DNA from: a virus | Lineage: Duplodnaviria; Caudoviricetes | Virus record (IMG/VR): IMGVR_UViG_3300032280_000659 | Span: 1 to 64,000 of that record | Length of the DNA stretch: 64,000 nt | Direction: 5' to 3' (one strand) | Shown: piece after piece, positions 38,413-49,902 of the stretch | Layout: each line of letters starts with the position of its first letter | How positions within the stretch are numbered: the stretch's first letter is position 1 | Notes under the pieces: model-generated | Told to the model about the DNA's origin: nothing | Seen by the model: only the letters and a program-made list of their open reading frames with translations | Databases searched by the model: none | Made by a program: the position numbers and the translations under genes

Positions 38413-38456
38413 GGGGAGGCCGTCCCTCAGTGGTGGGGGGCGGCTTCCTCTATTTC
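38413..38456 (+). terminator. Strong GC hairpin/terminator after the DUF932 gene
   Basis: GGGGAGGCCGTCCC...GGGGCGGCTTCCTC followed by TATTTC. Confidence 0.6.
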
Positions 38457-38472
38457 TAAACAACAGGAGATT

Positions 38473-38557
38473 GCGTAAGTGCTTGCTACATAAGGACTTA
38501 CGTCAAGCCCGGCCCGGCAATTTAGTCCTAAGTCTAATGAAATCAATGACTTACATC
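38473..38557. repeat. Bipartite dyad element, copy 13 (single dyads also at ~38608-38638 and ~38760-38792)
   Basis: Dyads start 38476 and 38529; contains AATCAATGACTTA. Confidence 0.85.
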
Positions 38558-38682
38558 AAATAGCCTATAGACAACCATGCGAACTGCCGATATACTATAG
38601 GGTGGTGGTCGTAAGTCTAATGCTGCCAATAGGTTAGAGAAAAATAGTAAAAGTAATTTATAATTGTAATAGGGTAAATTTG

Positions 38683-38726
38683 TCTTAGCTTATCCTGCGG
38701 GTTTGCCGGTCATGCCGACAGTCAGC
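38683..38726 (+). repeat. 44-bp polar motif, copy 3
   Basis: TCTTAGCTTATCCTGCGGGTTTG-N13-CAGTCAGC. Confidence 0.75.
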
Positions 38727-38940
38727 CAGATTTCTACATATATTAGATAGTCTGATGAATCATAAGTCTAGTATCCATAGGGACTTGCGTCAAATAGTAA
38801 CATGTGGTATACTGTCTGTAGGAGAGAGGCTATTAGATAAAGTAATAGTCTGTTGAGATTTAGTCTCAATTATTCTCAATAAAAATTATAAGCACTCTAT
38901 ATATTATAGGTCATAGTCTGGCCTATTCTGGGGTCCTTTG

Positions 38941-38984
38941 TATTACCTAATCGTCCGGGTTTGGCGGTCGTGGTGATAGTCAGC
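38941..38984 (+). repeat. 44-bp polar motif, copy 4
   Basis: TATTACCTAATCGTCCGGGTTTG-N13-TAGTCAGC. Confidence 0.75.
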
Positions 38985-41207
38985 GAAAATTAGGGGTCTT
39001 TTGATTATAGGTGATTTATGCAGAAGGAAAAGATAAAAGTCCGTGTGACTAATAAGAATCGGGCAAAGATTATATATAACCATGCTCAGAATGTTGCTGA
39101 GAATATGGATATGGGTACTGTTATTGCTTTTACTAGGGATACTATTATTGAAAGTTTTAGTAAATTAAGTAATGTGGAAATAACTAAGATAGTAGGCGAA
39201 TATAATCCTCAAATACTGGAGAATGTAAATGACAACTATAATAGTTACGAATGAAAATAGAGAGAAAATAACTGATATCTATTGTAACAGACTGTTGGAT
39301 GATATGGACTTTAGCACATTGTACTGTTTTGCTTTTGATATGTTGAAGGATAATAAGAGTGGGTTGACTAATAAAATGCTGGAAGATCAAATCGTTGACT
39401 ACTACCCTGACCTCTTGGAGAATTACTAATGGAAGTAGAAATTAGTAAACAAGAAGCTTGGAAACTGTTAGATGCTATTAGTGCCTATAAGAAAGATTAT
39501 ACTGTTACTGGCGCTGTTAGTAAAACATTTGATAATATTACTAAGAAACTAAAAGAAATAGTAAAGGAATAAAATGACCTATATTTTCTGGCTAATTGCA
39601 TTCTTTTGCATGAGTCTTATTTACTATATTAAGAGTAATGAGTAATGGTGTATAAAATTAGTTAGTGATCTTTGGGGTGTCCTAATTTCGGAGGGCTTTA
39701 TGAAAGCTCTATGGAAAATAATTCGGGCTATTTTTTGCGGATGTTTATTCGCATGGATCGGGGTCTCTATGATGGAAACGGAACTAGAGATTCTTACTCA
39801 TAGTTCTTATGCTAAGTATATGGCTCATGATTTGTTCTATGGTTATTTATCAATCAGAACTTTTTATGAGAATATAGTATATGTGGCTGTTTTAAATTTT
39901 ATAATGGGTTTTTCAATAGGAATAATTTGGAAACCCGGCAGTTTAAAGATATAAGTATTAGACTATCTGATTAAAATTTATTTGATCCTATCTACTCTCA
40001 TGGTATAATACGGTAGTCAACGAAGCCGATAGTCAAGCAAATACTGAGGTATTTTGCGGGACTTTTGGAATCATGGGCAAGAAGTATTTTAACTTTTAAA
40101 CCATGAGGTGATTTATGAAAAGTCGATTTATAGGTTCGGATAATCGTATTGAGATTCAGAGAAAGTATATTGATCAGATTCTGGGTGAATTAGATTTCAT
40201 GCAGATAAAAGATTATCTGAGAGATTATATAAGTAAGGAAAAAGATAAAGAATCTAACTATGCCTTGGAAGCTGAGATAAGAAAAGAAGCTCCAGATGTT
40301 TTGGTAGACAATTGGGATAGTTCTGATGGGCCAACCACCTTAATAGAGGAAGAAGGATATCATCATGCTTAAAACTTTCCACAGAATAATTTCTTTTGAA
40401 GTAGAGGGTGAAATTTATGATAGCTCTACTACTCCAGAGAGTATTCTAAAAAGTTATGACTGGCATTTTAAAGGATTTCATGACAATCATGAGGACAAAT
40501 GTTTCTTAGAATCATCTCATGATAATAGTCATGGACGCATTACTAAAATTGTGCGAAAGAATAAGATCAGTAAGACTGATAAAGCAGATACAGAAACTTT
40601 CACAATTAACAATAGGTGACTTATGAATTATCAAATAGTTTATTGGAGTGTTGGAGTTTTAGTAACATTGTTAGCATTAGTATCATTATATTATTACTCA
40701 TGCCATTGTTCTACTCCTGTTATTAAATAGTTGGTTAACTATAGTGCTATTGTGGGGGTTGGATTTAATAGTCTAGCCCCTGCATGGCTCTATAAACATC
40801 TCTTCATTGACCAACACGCGCCCATCAGGTATAATACCAATATGGGAGAGATGGTCATCATAGTATAGGATTTTCCTAACTATTCAGTTACCCAAAAGGA
40901 TTAGAATAACATGGATTATAGTTTTGTCTTTGACTTATACTATCTAACTTTAATAAACTCATCACTGATTAATAACTACCAATACGAGGAAAACAAAGGA
41001 GAGGTCCGTTGATCTATTGTATCTTGAATCTTATCTCAGTCAACAAGAAACTTTTTGAGGAAATCAATGATTGTTTTGCTTCTTGTTCTGGTACTATTTA
41101 TGGACTGATAGGGTGTATATAGTATATCATCCCCGGTCCTGCACTAATTATATATCTATCTTTGAAGTTGTCAAGCCAACAAACTCTATAACAAAAGGAC
41201 CATTAGG

Positions 41208-41516
41208 ATGAATTCTTACAAAACAAAAACCAAACCGCAGAAGCACCAGGAGGAGACAATGAAAGTAGACCCTGTAAGCATCGAGACTGATGGTCTGGTG
41301 TGCGATCTTTTAATGAAGAGTATCGGTCGTCCAAAGAACTTAATAATGTGCAGGGCGATCAACCTGTGGGACAATCGATATCGTATCAATGTTTATACCA
41401 AGCATATGGTTGATGACATTGAAAGTAAAAAGATATCATATAGTTGTTTCGCAAAAGTTAGTAATAACGAATTAACTATTGTTTCAGAAACAGAAGTTAT
41501 TAAACCAAAATTTTAG
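41208..41516 (+). CDS. Hypothetical protein (NLWDNRYRINV motif)
   Basis: 102-aa ORF; GGTGTAT motif ~95 nt upstream. Confidence 0.6.
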   Translation: MNSYKTKTKPQKHQEETMKVDPVSIETDGLVCDLLMKSIGRPKNLIMCRAINLWDNRYRINVYTKHMVDDIESKKISYSCFAKVSNNELTIVSETEVIKPKF

Positions 41517-41535
41517 ATTAGGTTAAAGCTATTTG

Positions 41536-41579
41536 TGTTACCTTAACTAATAAGGTTGCGTTAGTTGCTCATAGTCAGC
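41536..41579 (+). repeat. 44-bp polar motif, copy 5
   Basis: TGTTACCTTAACTAATAAGGTTG-N13-TAGTCAGC. Confidence 0.7.
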
Positions 41580-41893
41580 GAGTGGTGGTGGTCTTTGAGT
41601 TTTGGATAAGATTTCGTTTCTTGTTATCCTAGAACCTTTTGGTATCATAAGGGTACGAGGAACAAAAAAATGAATGACGGCATAGTTATAATCATGATTC
41701 TTGGTTTAGTGTCGGGCTTTGGACTATTATCTATAATTATATCATTCTTTGAAACGGATTTTGAAGAAGAATATTTGGAAGAAATACGAAGAAGAAGAAA
41801 AAGATCACAACCGGCAACAGCTATACCAATAAATAATGAGCTAGATATATCAACATACGATTTTTATACTGATGAAATATAAGCACATACCTG

Positions 41894-41937
41894 TCTTAGC
41901 TTATCCTATAAGTTTGCCCCGGTTGAACTTAGTCAGC
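41894..41937 (+). repeat. 44-bp polar motif, copy 6
   Basis: TCTTAGCTTATCCTATAAGTTTG-N13-TAGTCAGC. Confidence 0.75.
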
Positions 41938-42216
41938 GAGAGTTGGAGGTCAGTATGATTGGTATACGTTTAGATAAAGATATAGCTTGTGAACATGTTT
42001 GTAAGATAGTAAAAGATTTAGTTAATAGTTATGCAAAGGAGAACGGAGACTTAACTAACGCCCTAATAAGTATTAATATAACCAAATTCTCAGAAGGAAC
42101 TATTAAAGACCAGATTCTAAATATAGAAAATCATTGACATCCACTATCCCTACTAATAGTATAAACCATAGAAATCATAAGGTCAATGAGTTACTTTTAA
42201 CCAAAGGATTTTAATT

Positions 42217-42405
42217 ATGAAATATATTCTTATCATTATGTTGTCCCTTCTTTCTGCACAAACTTTTGCTAATGATTGTGTAGATGGTAAATGCATTATT
42301 CGATCAAATAAACCTGTGGCTACTATTACTAGTAAAGTAACTAAACCCGTTAAGAATTTTACTTCCAAAGTATGCAAGACTTGTAAAAATTTAGTTAGAA
42401 GGTGA
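42217..42405 (+). CDS. Small secreted protein (signal peptide, CxxGxC)
   Basis: MKYILIIMLSLLSAQTFA signal-like sequence followed by DCVDGKC. Confidence 0.6.
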   Translation: MKYILIIMLSLLSAQTFANDCVDGKCIIRSNKPVATITSKVTKPVKNFTSKVCKTCKNLVRR

Positions 42406-43784
42406 TCATGAGTCCCAAAAAAGTTAATAAGAAAAAAGTTAAACCTCCCGTAAGCCGTGCTAAATCTTCTGACAAAAAGAAACCGGCCAAAAGAGTCACA
42501 AAAAAACCCGTTGAGACTCAGGTAGTTTCATTACCACCAGAACCTATTGAACCAAAGACTCAAGGATTTTTTAATTACCTATGTTCTTTATTCTTAAAAT
42601 CCCCAAAGGATAACGAATCTTGAAAAATAGTAAAATAGTAAGAAAATCATCATTTTTTTTACCAGAATTACTATTTGTAGCCATAATAACACTATCCCTC
42701 ATGGTAATAGTTCGCCCAATAGTATCTTATATTCTACTAGGCTATTAGAATATGGTCATTTTAAGCTTAGGTTAAACCCATATTAACTTGAATGATGCGG
42801 TTTTAAACCTTATAACTTATATCTTTCACTAAATTCGCCGAATTATTACTTATTGCTTATGGCCGTGGTAAAATTTGACCATAATAGGTTTTCCCTAAAG
42901 TTCCTATGAGTCACTAGTCGATACCTTGACAAGACCCTTACTCTTTGGTATACTGGTTCTATTGGTAATAGTAGGGATTTTGGTAATAATAAGGGGAAAT
43001 ATGTATAAAAATGTATTATTGACCGATAAAGAAATTGCTCTCTTAAAGAGAGTTGTTGGTGATTATCTTCATGAGAAAATTGTCCCAGAAGCTACTAATT
43101 TGACCATTATTCTTAATCGTCTCAGGGACATTAAACCCACAAAAAAGTATAATCAGAGTATCAATTAGGGAAATGAACCCACAAATGAGACGCAAATCAA
43201 AATACGGAAACTCTAATCAGAAAAGCCTACAAGAAACTAATGGACAAAAGAGTTGTCAGCGTTGTCGATTAACCAAACCAGTTAATCAATATGGTTTTAA
43301 TAAAAAAGGTCAATATAAATTGATTTGTAATAGTTGCGTAGAATATATGTCCCAATTATCCTCTTGGAATAATAGAAAATGAGCATTGTAACTAAAGACT
43401 CTTATAAGGCCGATATCTTTAATTTCTACATGGAATATTGGAAACAGGAAGATCCAAAGGGGGAACTATTTAACCTTACGATCAATAATGTTATCAGTTG
43501 GGAATGGCAAAAGCTTAAACTAACAAGAGAAGAGCTAAAGGGGCTTGCTAATTTTATCAATAGTTTTGTTGATGAGACAAAAGATAATCCCGTAGTAAAA
43601 CGTGGAGCAAGTCAAACAAGCTGTGGGGTGGAATAATGACTAAACCAATAATTTTAACAGATAAAGAAATTGAGGCGATTGAGGTGGCTATTGACCGATT
43701 TAGAGATTGGGTCAATGGATTTGATGATGATGAACGTGCCACTATTCTCCGTAGTCTATTAGAAAGAACAAAGGAGAATAAACA

Positions 43785-44297
43785 ATGAATAAGTTTGAAC
43801 AACACGCATTGACTGAATTTCGTGTCGCTGGTTGGGTTGATGAAGACGGAAAATTTAAAGACGATATGCAGGAAATGATATGCAAACATGTATTAAAATT
43901 GTTAGAAGTTTTTAGTAACGAAGGTCACTCAGGATCTAGTGCTAGTTATGCAATTGATCTATTTAAGACACTTGCAAATTTTGAGCCAATTGGTCCATTA
44001 ACTGGCGAGGATTTTGAGTGGGTTGTTGTTGGCAATGGTGTTTATCAAAATAAACGCATGGGTTCTGTATTTAAAGTGTCTGATCGTTTTGACGGCAAAC
44101 CATATTGGATGGATGGTAAAGTATTTTGGGAGTGGGCTTCTAGTCCTGATATTGATGATGGAAAGCCATTTAAAACACATTTTACAAATAGTGATTCGGC
44201 TGTTATGATTGAATTTCCTTGGACAAAGCCAGACAGTCCCGAATATATTTTTAGACCCACAGAACAATACCCCAATGAACATATTGAAGGAGAATAA
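43785..44297 (+). CDS. Conserved phage hypothetical protein (EGHSG.SA motif)
   Basis: 170 aa; AAGGAG RBS. Confidence 0.7.
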   Translation: MNKFEQHALTEFRVAGWVDEDGKFKDDMQEMICKHVLKLLEVFSNEGHSGSSASYAIDLFKTLANFEPIGPLTGEDFEWVVVGNGVYQNKRMGSVFKVSDRFDGKPYWMDGKVFWEWASSPDIDDGKPFKTHFTNSDSAVMIEFPWTKPDSPEYIFRPTEQYPNEHIEGE

Positions 44298-47019
44298 CTG
44301 ATGATTAATGAACCTTTGGCATGGGCGGTCATGCAACCCGATTCTTATTCTGTTTTCGCATCATATTATAAAGCTGTTGCTCATCGTGATATTTGTGCTG
44401 GTGGTGATATTATTCCTCTTTATCGTTCACCCAACCTTACTGATAAAGAAATTGTGGCGATTGAGTGGGCTATCGTGGATGCGGAAAAGGCTGGAAGTCA
44501 AAAAGACGCTGCCATCCTCCGCAATCTCTTAGAAAGAATAAAGGATAAATAATGATAATTCAAAAATCTTGGACAGAATTATTGGGACAACCTCAAAAAT
44601 ATGACCAAATTATGGATAATGACATTGTGAGACCAACAAACTATTTTTTTATAGGGGAGTTTGTAAAATTCTTATCAATATGCAAGTCACTTTCCCAAAA
44701 CGGTTTAAAAATGAAGGAATGGAACATATGAACAACGAAGAAATTGATGATATTAAGACCGTGTTAAACGAACAGATGTTAAGTATTTACAAGCTTAAAG
44801 ATTTGATTAACGAGGCTAGGATTTCCGGCACAACACTTCTTCCGGTTGCCGTAGTTGTTTTTATTAAGGAAATTTTAGAGTGTAACGAGGTAATCGCAGA
44901 AATAATCAATGGTCCTACTGGCGGAATTGAAAAAGTAGTTGAAAGAACAAAACTAAACAACAATCCTAACGAAGAGATAAAACCATCTCCGAAATCTCTT
45001 AGAAAGAATAAAGGATAAATAATGATTACCTATAAAAATAAAAAGATCAAAATTTTACCCAAATCCGAATTACCAACAGTATTGGAAAAACATAACCAAT
45101 CTGATATACAAGTTCCATTTCATCAGTATAATAATGATTTGATGGAGCATTTATGTTCTTTTATGGACGATATGGAAAAGCATGATCCTAAGAATGAATA
45201 TGATACAATTTACAGCTTTTATCATAATAATGAATGGGCGATAGTAATATTTGACCAAAATTCTTCTGGTAAAAATTATTTGGTAACTGGAGAATAACTA
45301 ATGACTAAACCCATAATTTTAACGGATAATGAAATTGAGGCGATTGATTGGGCGGAAATGGATGCAATTCTGCAAGAGGAGATTGAGTGGGCGGAAATGG
45401 ATGCAATTCTGCAAGCGGCAAACGAAACCTCTCCAGATCAGATTCAATTGTGGCAAAAAAGAGCCACCATCCTCCGTAATCTATTAGAAAGAATAAAGGA
45501 TAACCCATGAATGATAAACTAAAAAGTAATATCAGGAACTTTATTGTTGATTATGATAATACTGTGAGTGATTTTAATATGGCTGATTATGATTTGTGGC
45601 TTGAGACTGCTGTTAATCTTTTGAAAGAAGTTTTGGAGAATAAATAATGGTAATTCAAAAAACTTGGACAGACCTTTTGGGCAAGCCTCAAGGTAATGAG
45701 AGTGTTGATGGGAAAGATATTGTGAGGGAAATTAGCCTTCATCAATTCAGAATATTGTGGTCATTTAAGAGTAATCAAGAAGCTAATTGGATTTATACTT
45801 ATTGGACAACTATGGAGAATAACTAATCAAAATAATCCCTATACAAGACTGTAAAGACAGACATCTCTACAGAATCAATTCTAGAAATTTTAATCTTGGT
45901 GTTTTTGACGCTGAGAACAGAGATTTTATTGGAATAAGAACAAAAACTGGAAATACATTTTTAGATAGGGAAAATTATAGTCTTGGTTGTGTGAAAGTGT
46001 TACAGGAAATAGAAAAAATACCAGACAATATTGAAGTAAAAATAGGACACAGGTCTGAAACTGAACTTAATGTTTGGGGAGATCGTTCATGGGTGGAAAA
46101 TAAAGATCTTTTTAACTATCTGGAAAATAAATAATGGAAAACGGGACAGTTGTGGTATTTGAACCCAAAAATTTTAATCCAGAGTTTTGGAATAATCTTC
46201 CAGAAAATGACAAGATTAAGTATTACGGGCCTTTGGGTTATGGATCGGACAAGAAGAAGTTCTTTGTGTTTTTGACCGAAATTAAAAATGCCCCCGGCCA
46301 TTGTGTTCTTGTTGATCTTGATGATGGACATTTAGAGGTTATGCGTCATGTTTCTGATTTTAGAGAAGTTAATAAAGAAGAATTTTAGGAGAATAAATAA
46401 TGACTCAACCGCTTGATGTTGGAAAAGTATTGGTAGAAAGACTAAAAAGATTTACTGAAAATATGGAGATTAAACTAATGACTGAAAATCCGCTACAACT
46501 AGCCACTAAAACTTGGATAGAAGCAGTCCAGAAATATTATGAGAGAGAACAGGATCGTAATCAACTTACTCAAATTTTCATGAGGGGCTATTTTAGTGGC
46601 TGGAGCGAAAGACAGGTGGCCCAGTTGGCCGATCAACTAGCTAAAAACGAAACTGATTATCCTTTATGGAGAGATAAGGAGAACAACTAATGGCTGGACT
46701 TGTATTATTTGTTATATTAGGATATATGGCTTGTATACGAATTTATGATTGGTGGAATGGATATGGAGAGCTATTTTAATGACTAATGAAGATAAAGAAG
46801 ATTGTCTTACTTTGTTAAATCAAATGAAAGAGTTTATAGTATATTTCAAAAGCACAAAAAGCATAAAAGACCCTACTACTGTTTCATTTGTTTATGCTAT
46901 GGATCAGTCTATTAATGTGCTTATTGAGATTATTGAAAATAAGCCACTAGAAGTTAAAAGAATGTTTTAGTGTAATATTTAATTGAAAGAATATCCAACC
47001 TCAATTTTAATAAATAATT

Positions 47020-47688
47020 ATGGACGATGCTATAATCATTAGCGACATTCACTTAGGAAGTAATGTCTGCGAAAGTAAAAGACTATACAATTTTTTAGAA
47101 CTAGTATATACTCATACTAATAAATTGATTATTAACGGCGACTTTTTTGACAATTTAGATTTTCGTAGATTAAAGAAAAACCACTGGAAAATACTGTCTT
47201 TACTTAGGAGAATGAGTAAACATATTGATATAGTATGGATAAGAGGAAATCACGATGGTGATGCAGAATTAGTGTCTCATCTGATAGGACTAGATTTTAG
47301 AGATGAATATTTTTTCAATAGTGGAGATCAGAAAATATTATGTTTACATGGCGACAGATTTGATGATTTTATCTACAAATATCCAAATACTTCTAAAGTA
47401 GCAGATACAATATATCGTTGTATACAAAGAATAGACAAAAGGTTCTTATCAAAATTTATCAAACAAAGATCAAAAACATATTTAAGATGCACAGAAAATA
47501 TGATTAATAGTTCCAGAGAATATGCTTTATCAAAAAATGTAGATATAGTATGTTTAGGGCATACACATCATCCTATGATTGACACCGATCATTCAATAGT
47601 TTACGCTAATAGTGGATGCTGGACGGAAAAAATTTGTACTTTTTTGTCTATTAAAAATGGACAAGTAGAACTTAAAATTTTTAGCTAA
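47020..47688 (+). CDS. Calcineurin-like metallophosphoesterase (LpxH/YbbF-like)
   Basis: ISDIHLG, NGDFFD, RGNHD, HGD, GHTH and NSGCW motifs. Confidence 0.85.
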   Translation: MDDAIIISDIHLGSNVCESKRLYNFLELVYTHTNKLIINGDFFDNLDFRRLKKNHWKILSLLRRMSKHIDIVWIRGNHDGDAELVSHLIGLDFRDEYFFNSGDQKILCLHGDRFDDFIYKYPNTSKVADTIYRCIQRIDKRFLSKFIKQRSKTYLRCTENMINSSREYALSKNVDIVCLGHTHHPMIDTDHSIVYANSGCWTEKICTFLSIKNGQVELKIFS

Positions 47689-49389
47689 AAATAGAGAATC
47701 ATATAAATGCAAATTAATATTAAAACAGAACTACAAAATCTTGACCGTGATGATTTTATGGCAGTCTCACAACTTGTTGATCTGATAATATTTGATCTTA
47801 GTGATCTTCTAATTGATGTTGGCGATGAGATTATGCTTGATGCGGCGAAGGACTATATGATTGATCTTATTAATCCTGACCTATTAGATATGGACAATAA
47901 ATAATGAGCGTACCATACAAAGGAAACTGCGAACATCTTAAAGAAGGATATTGTATAGCTTGCATATCTAAGATTAGAGATAATTGGGGTGCTACTGCTA
48001 TGAGTTTTTCTAAAGATTTAAAATGCTATATTAATGTGTGGGATGGTGATTATCCAAATTGGATTGAAGTAAAGGATAATAATGAACAATCAGAGCAAAT
48101 GGGAATTGCTAGAGAGATTATGAAACAAGATAGTGAGTGTCTTAGGAATTTAAGTAAACATAATGATGACTCTATTAAGAACTTTGATTCTTGAATATGA
48201 TCTTGTTGAGGTTCATTATAATGAACTTTTGAAGAATAAACCTTACTTGATCAGGGTTTTTAGCTATAATAGTAGTGACCCTACTGAACTCAGAGTGGAC
48301 GAAAACCAAGTCAACAATCTATATCAAACTCTTAAAGAATACTATCTATTATGAAAATTCAAAACAAGAGTATTAATCAACAATAATGGGGGCGTTTTCA
48401 ATACAAAAAATCATGGTAAGACAAGGAAAAGGAGAATGGGATTTGACCGATATGAGAAAATAAAGCTTAGGTCTGGAACATTGACCTTGGATATCAGTGT
48501 TATTTTCAGAGTATTAGTAATGATACCTCACCTGCCATGATACAATATTTGTTATCTTGTTGTTTTTTTAGTTTTTTGATACTACAAATAGTATTTTTAT
48601 CTTTTGTTTTACTTTACGAACTTTATGAATTATTTTACTATTTGATCAATCCAAACTTTAAAACTAATGATGTGGGACTAAAATGAAATTTGAAGGAATA
48701 AAAAATTATGGATAATTTTGATTGGGATTCATTTCTAGAAGAATCTAGAACATATGAACCCTCTGCGACTTTATGGATTGATAAAGAATCAGATAGGGTA
48801 GAGTTAATTTTGGATACTGCTGCTTGTGTTTATAATGAATGGATAAAAGGCGAAGGAGCAGATATTAGTTTGGTTAGATGCAGCAAAACTAACAAGATTA
48901 TTGGTATTAATTTACCATTATATCAAACTAAGTTTAGCATATTTCATACTGATGGAGTGCAAGTTAAAATTAATGAAGGATACAAGAAGCTTTTCGTTGA
49001 ACAACAAGAGAAAAATTCATCATGAGATTATTTTTTGATATTATCGTATTCTTGCTAATACTTTTTTGTTTTCAAAGAATTGCTGAATTAAGCAACAGAT
49101 TAGGAATGAATATTATGGTTGTTCAAGGTTTACAAGACAGGATAAATGAACTGGAGAAAAAATGAAAAAAACTTGGCAACAAAAACAAAAAGAAAGTATT
49201 CAATCTGGTTATGACCGAGCCAAACAAATAGCAGAAGAAGTGTGGCTAGAGGGAGATCATGAAGGAACTCCTAATGATTTTTACTATTTTCAGTGCGGAT
49301 TTGTGGCGGGTTTGAACTATCAGCGACTACAAGCACTAAATAAATTGAGCCAACTTGATCAAGAGCTAGGACTAGAATAACATAAAAAT

Positions 49390-49475
49390 GTTAACCCTGT
49401 TCCCGTCGAATGTTTACGCTTAGTGCGTAGATCAACTAGGCTAATTGCCGACAGAGTAGGCGGGGCGGGGTTAAC
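49390..49475 (+). ncRNA. Isolated structured RNA candidate (three-way junction)
   Basis: GTTAACCCTGTTCCCGTC/GGCGGGGCGGGGTTAAC closing stem with G-U pairs, enclosing two hairpins. Confidence 0.5.
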
Positions 49476-49716
49476 TATAGGAACATTACAAGTAGTATGA
49501 GAATCATTAACGAAAGACGATCTCAAATAGATGGCAATACCCTAATATCTTGTATATTAGAATATAATGGTAAATTGTTTAAGATTTCTGATTGTCCAAC
49601 TAAATTATTTATATGGTCAGAATTGAATGGATGGCTATTTATAGATTATGGAGACACAAAAGAAACTACACAAAAAAGTATAGAACAATTTTTGTCGATA
49701 ATGAAAGCATACACAA

Positions 49717-49902
49717 ATGAAAACATCGAATGAACTTAAAGAAAGATTAAAAACAATAGTACAAGAAGAATTTATTAACTCTTGGTTAGATGCTCCTAAT
49801 CCGGCATTTAATAATAAAACTCCACGACAAATGGTTATAGAACAAAATACTGATCAAATTGAAATGATGCTATATAGATTAGGAAGCGGAGAACCCACAT
49901 GA
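49717..49902 (+). CDS. Stand-alone MbcA/ParS/Xre antitoxin C-terminal domain (DUF2384-like)
   Basis: WLDAPNPAFNNKTPRQMV......IEMML.RL.SG. Confidence 0.7.
   Translation: MKTSNELKERLKTIVQEEFINSWLDAPNPAFNNKTPRQMVIEQNTDQIEMMLYRLGSGEPT

Noticed and set aside
37162-38463. 433-aa minus-strand ORF
   Set aside because: Antisense shadow of the GC-rich DUF932 gene; no recognisable motifs.
22527-38557. Dyad elements as intrinsic terminators, REP/attC hairpins or classical tyrosine-recombinase core sites
   Set aside because: Arms frequently mismatch without compensation, no U tract follows directly, the 7-bp centres differ among copies, and no integrase is in the window. Not fully excluded, but less consistent than protein-binding sites.
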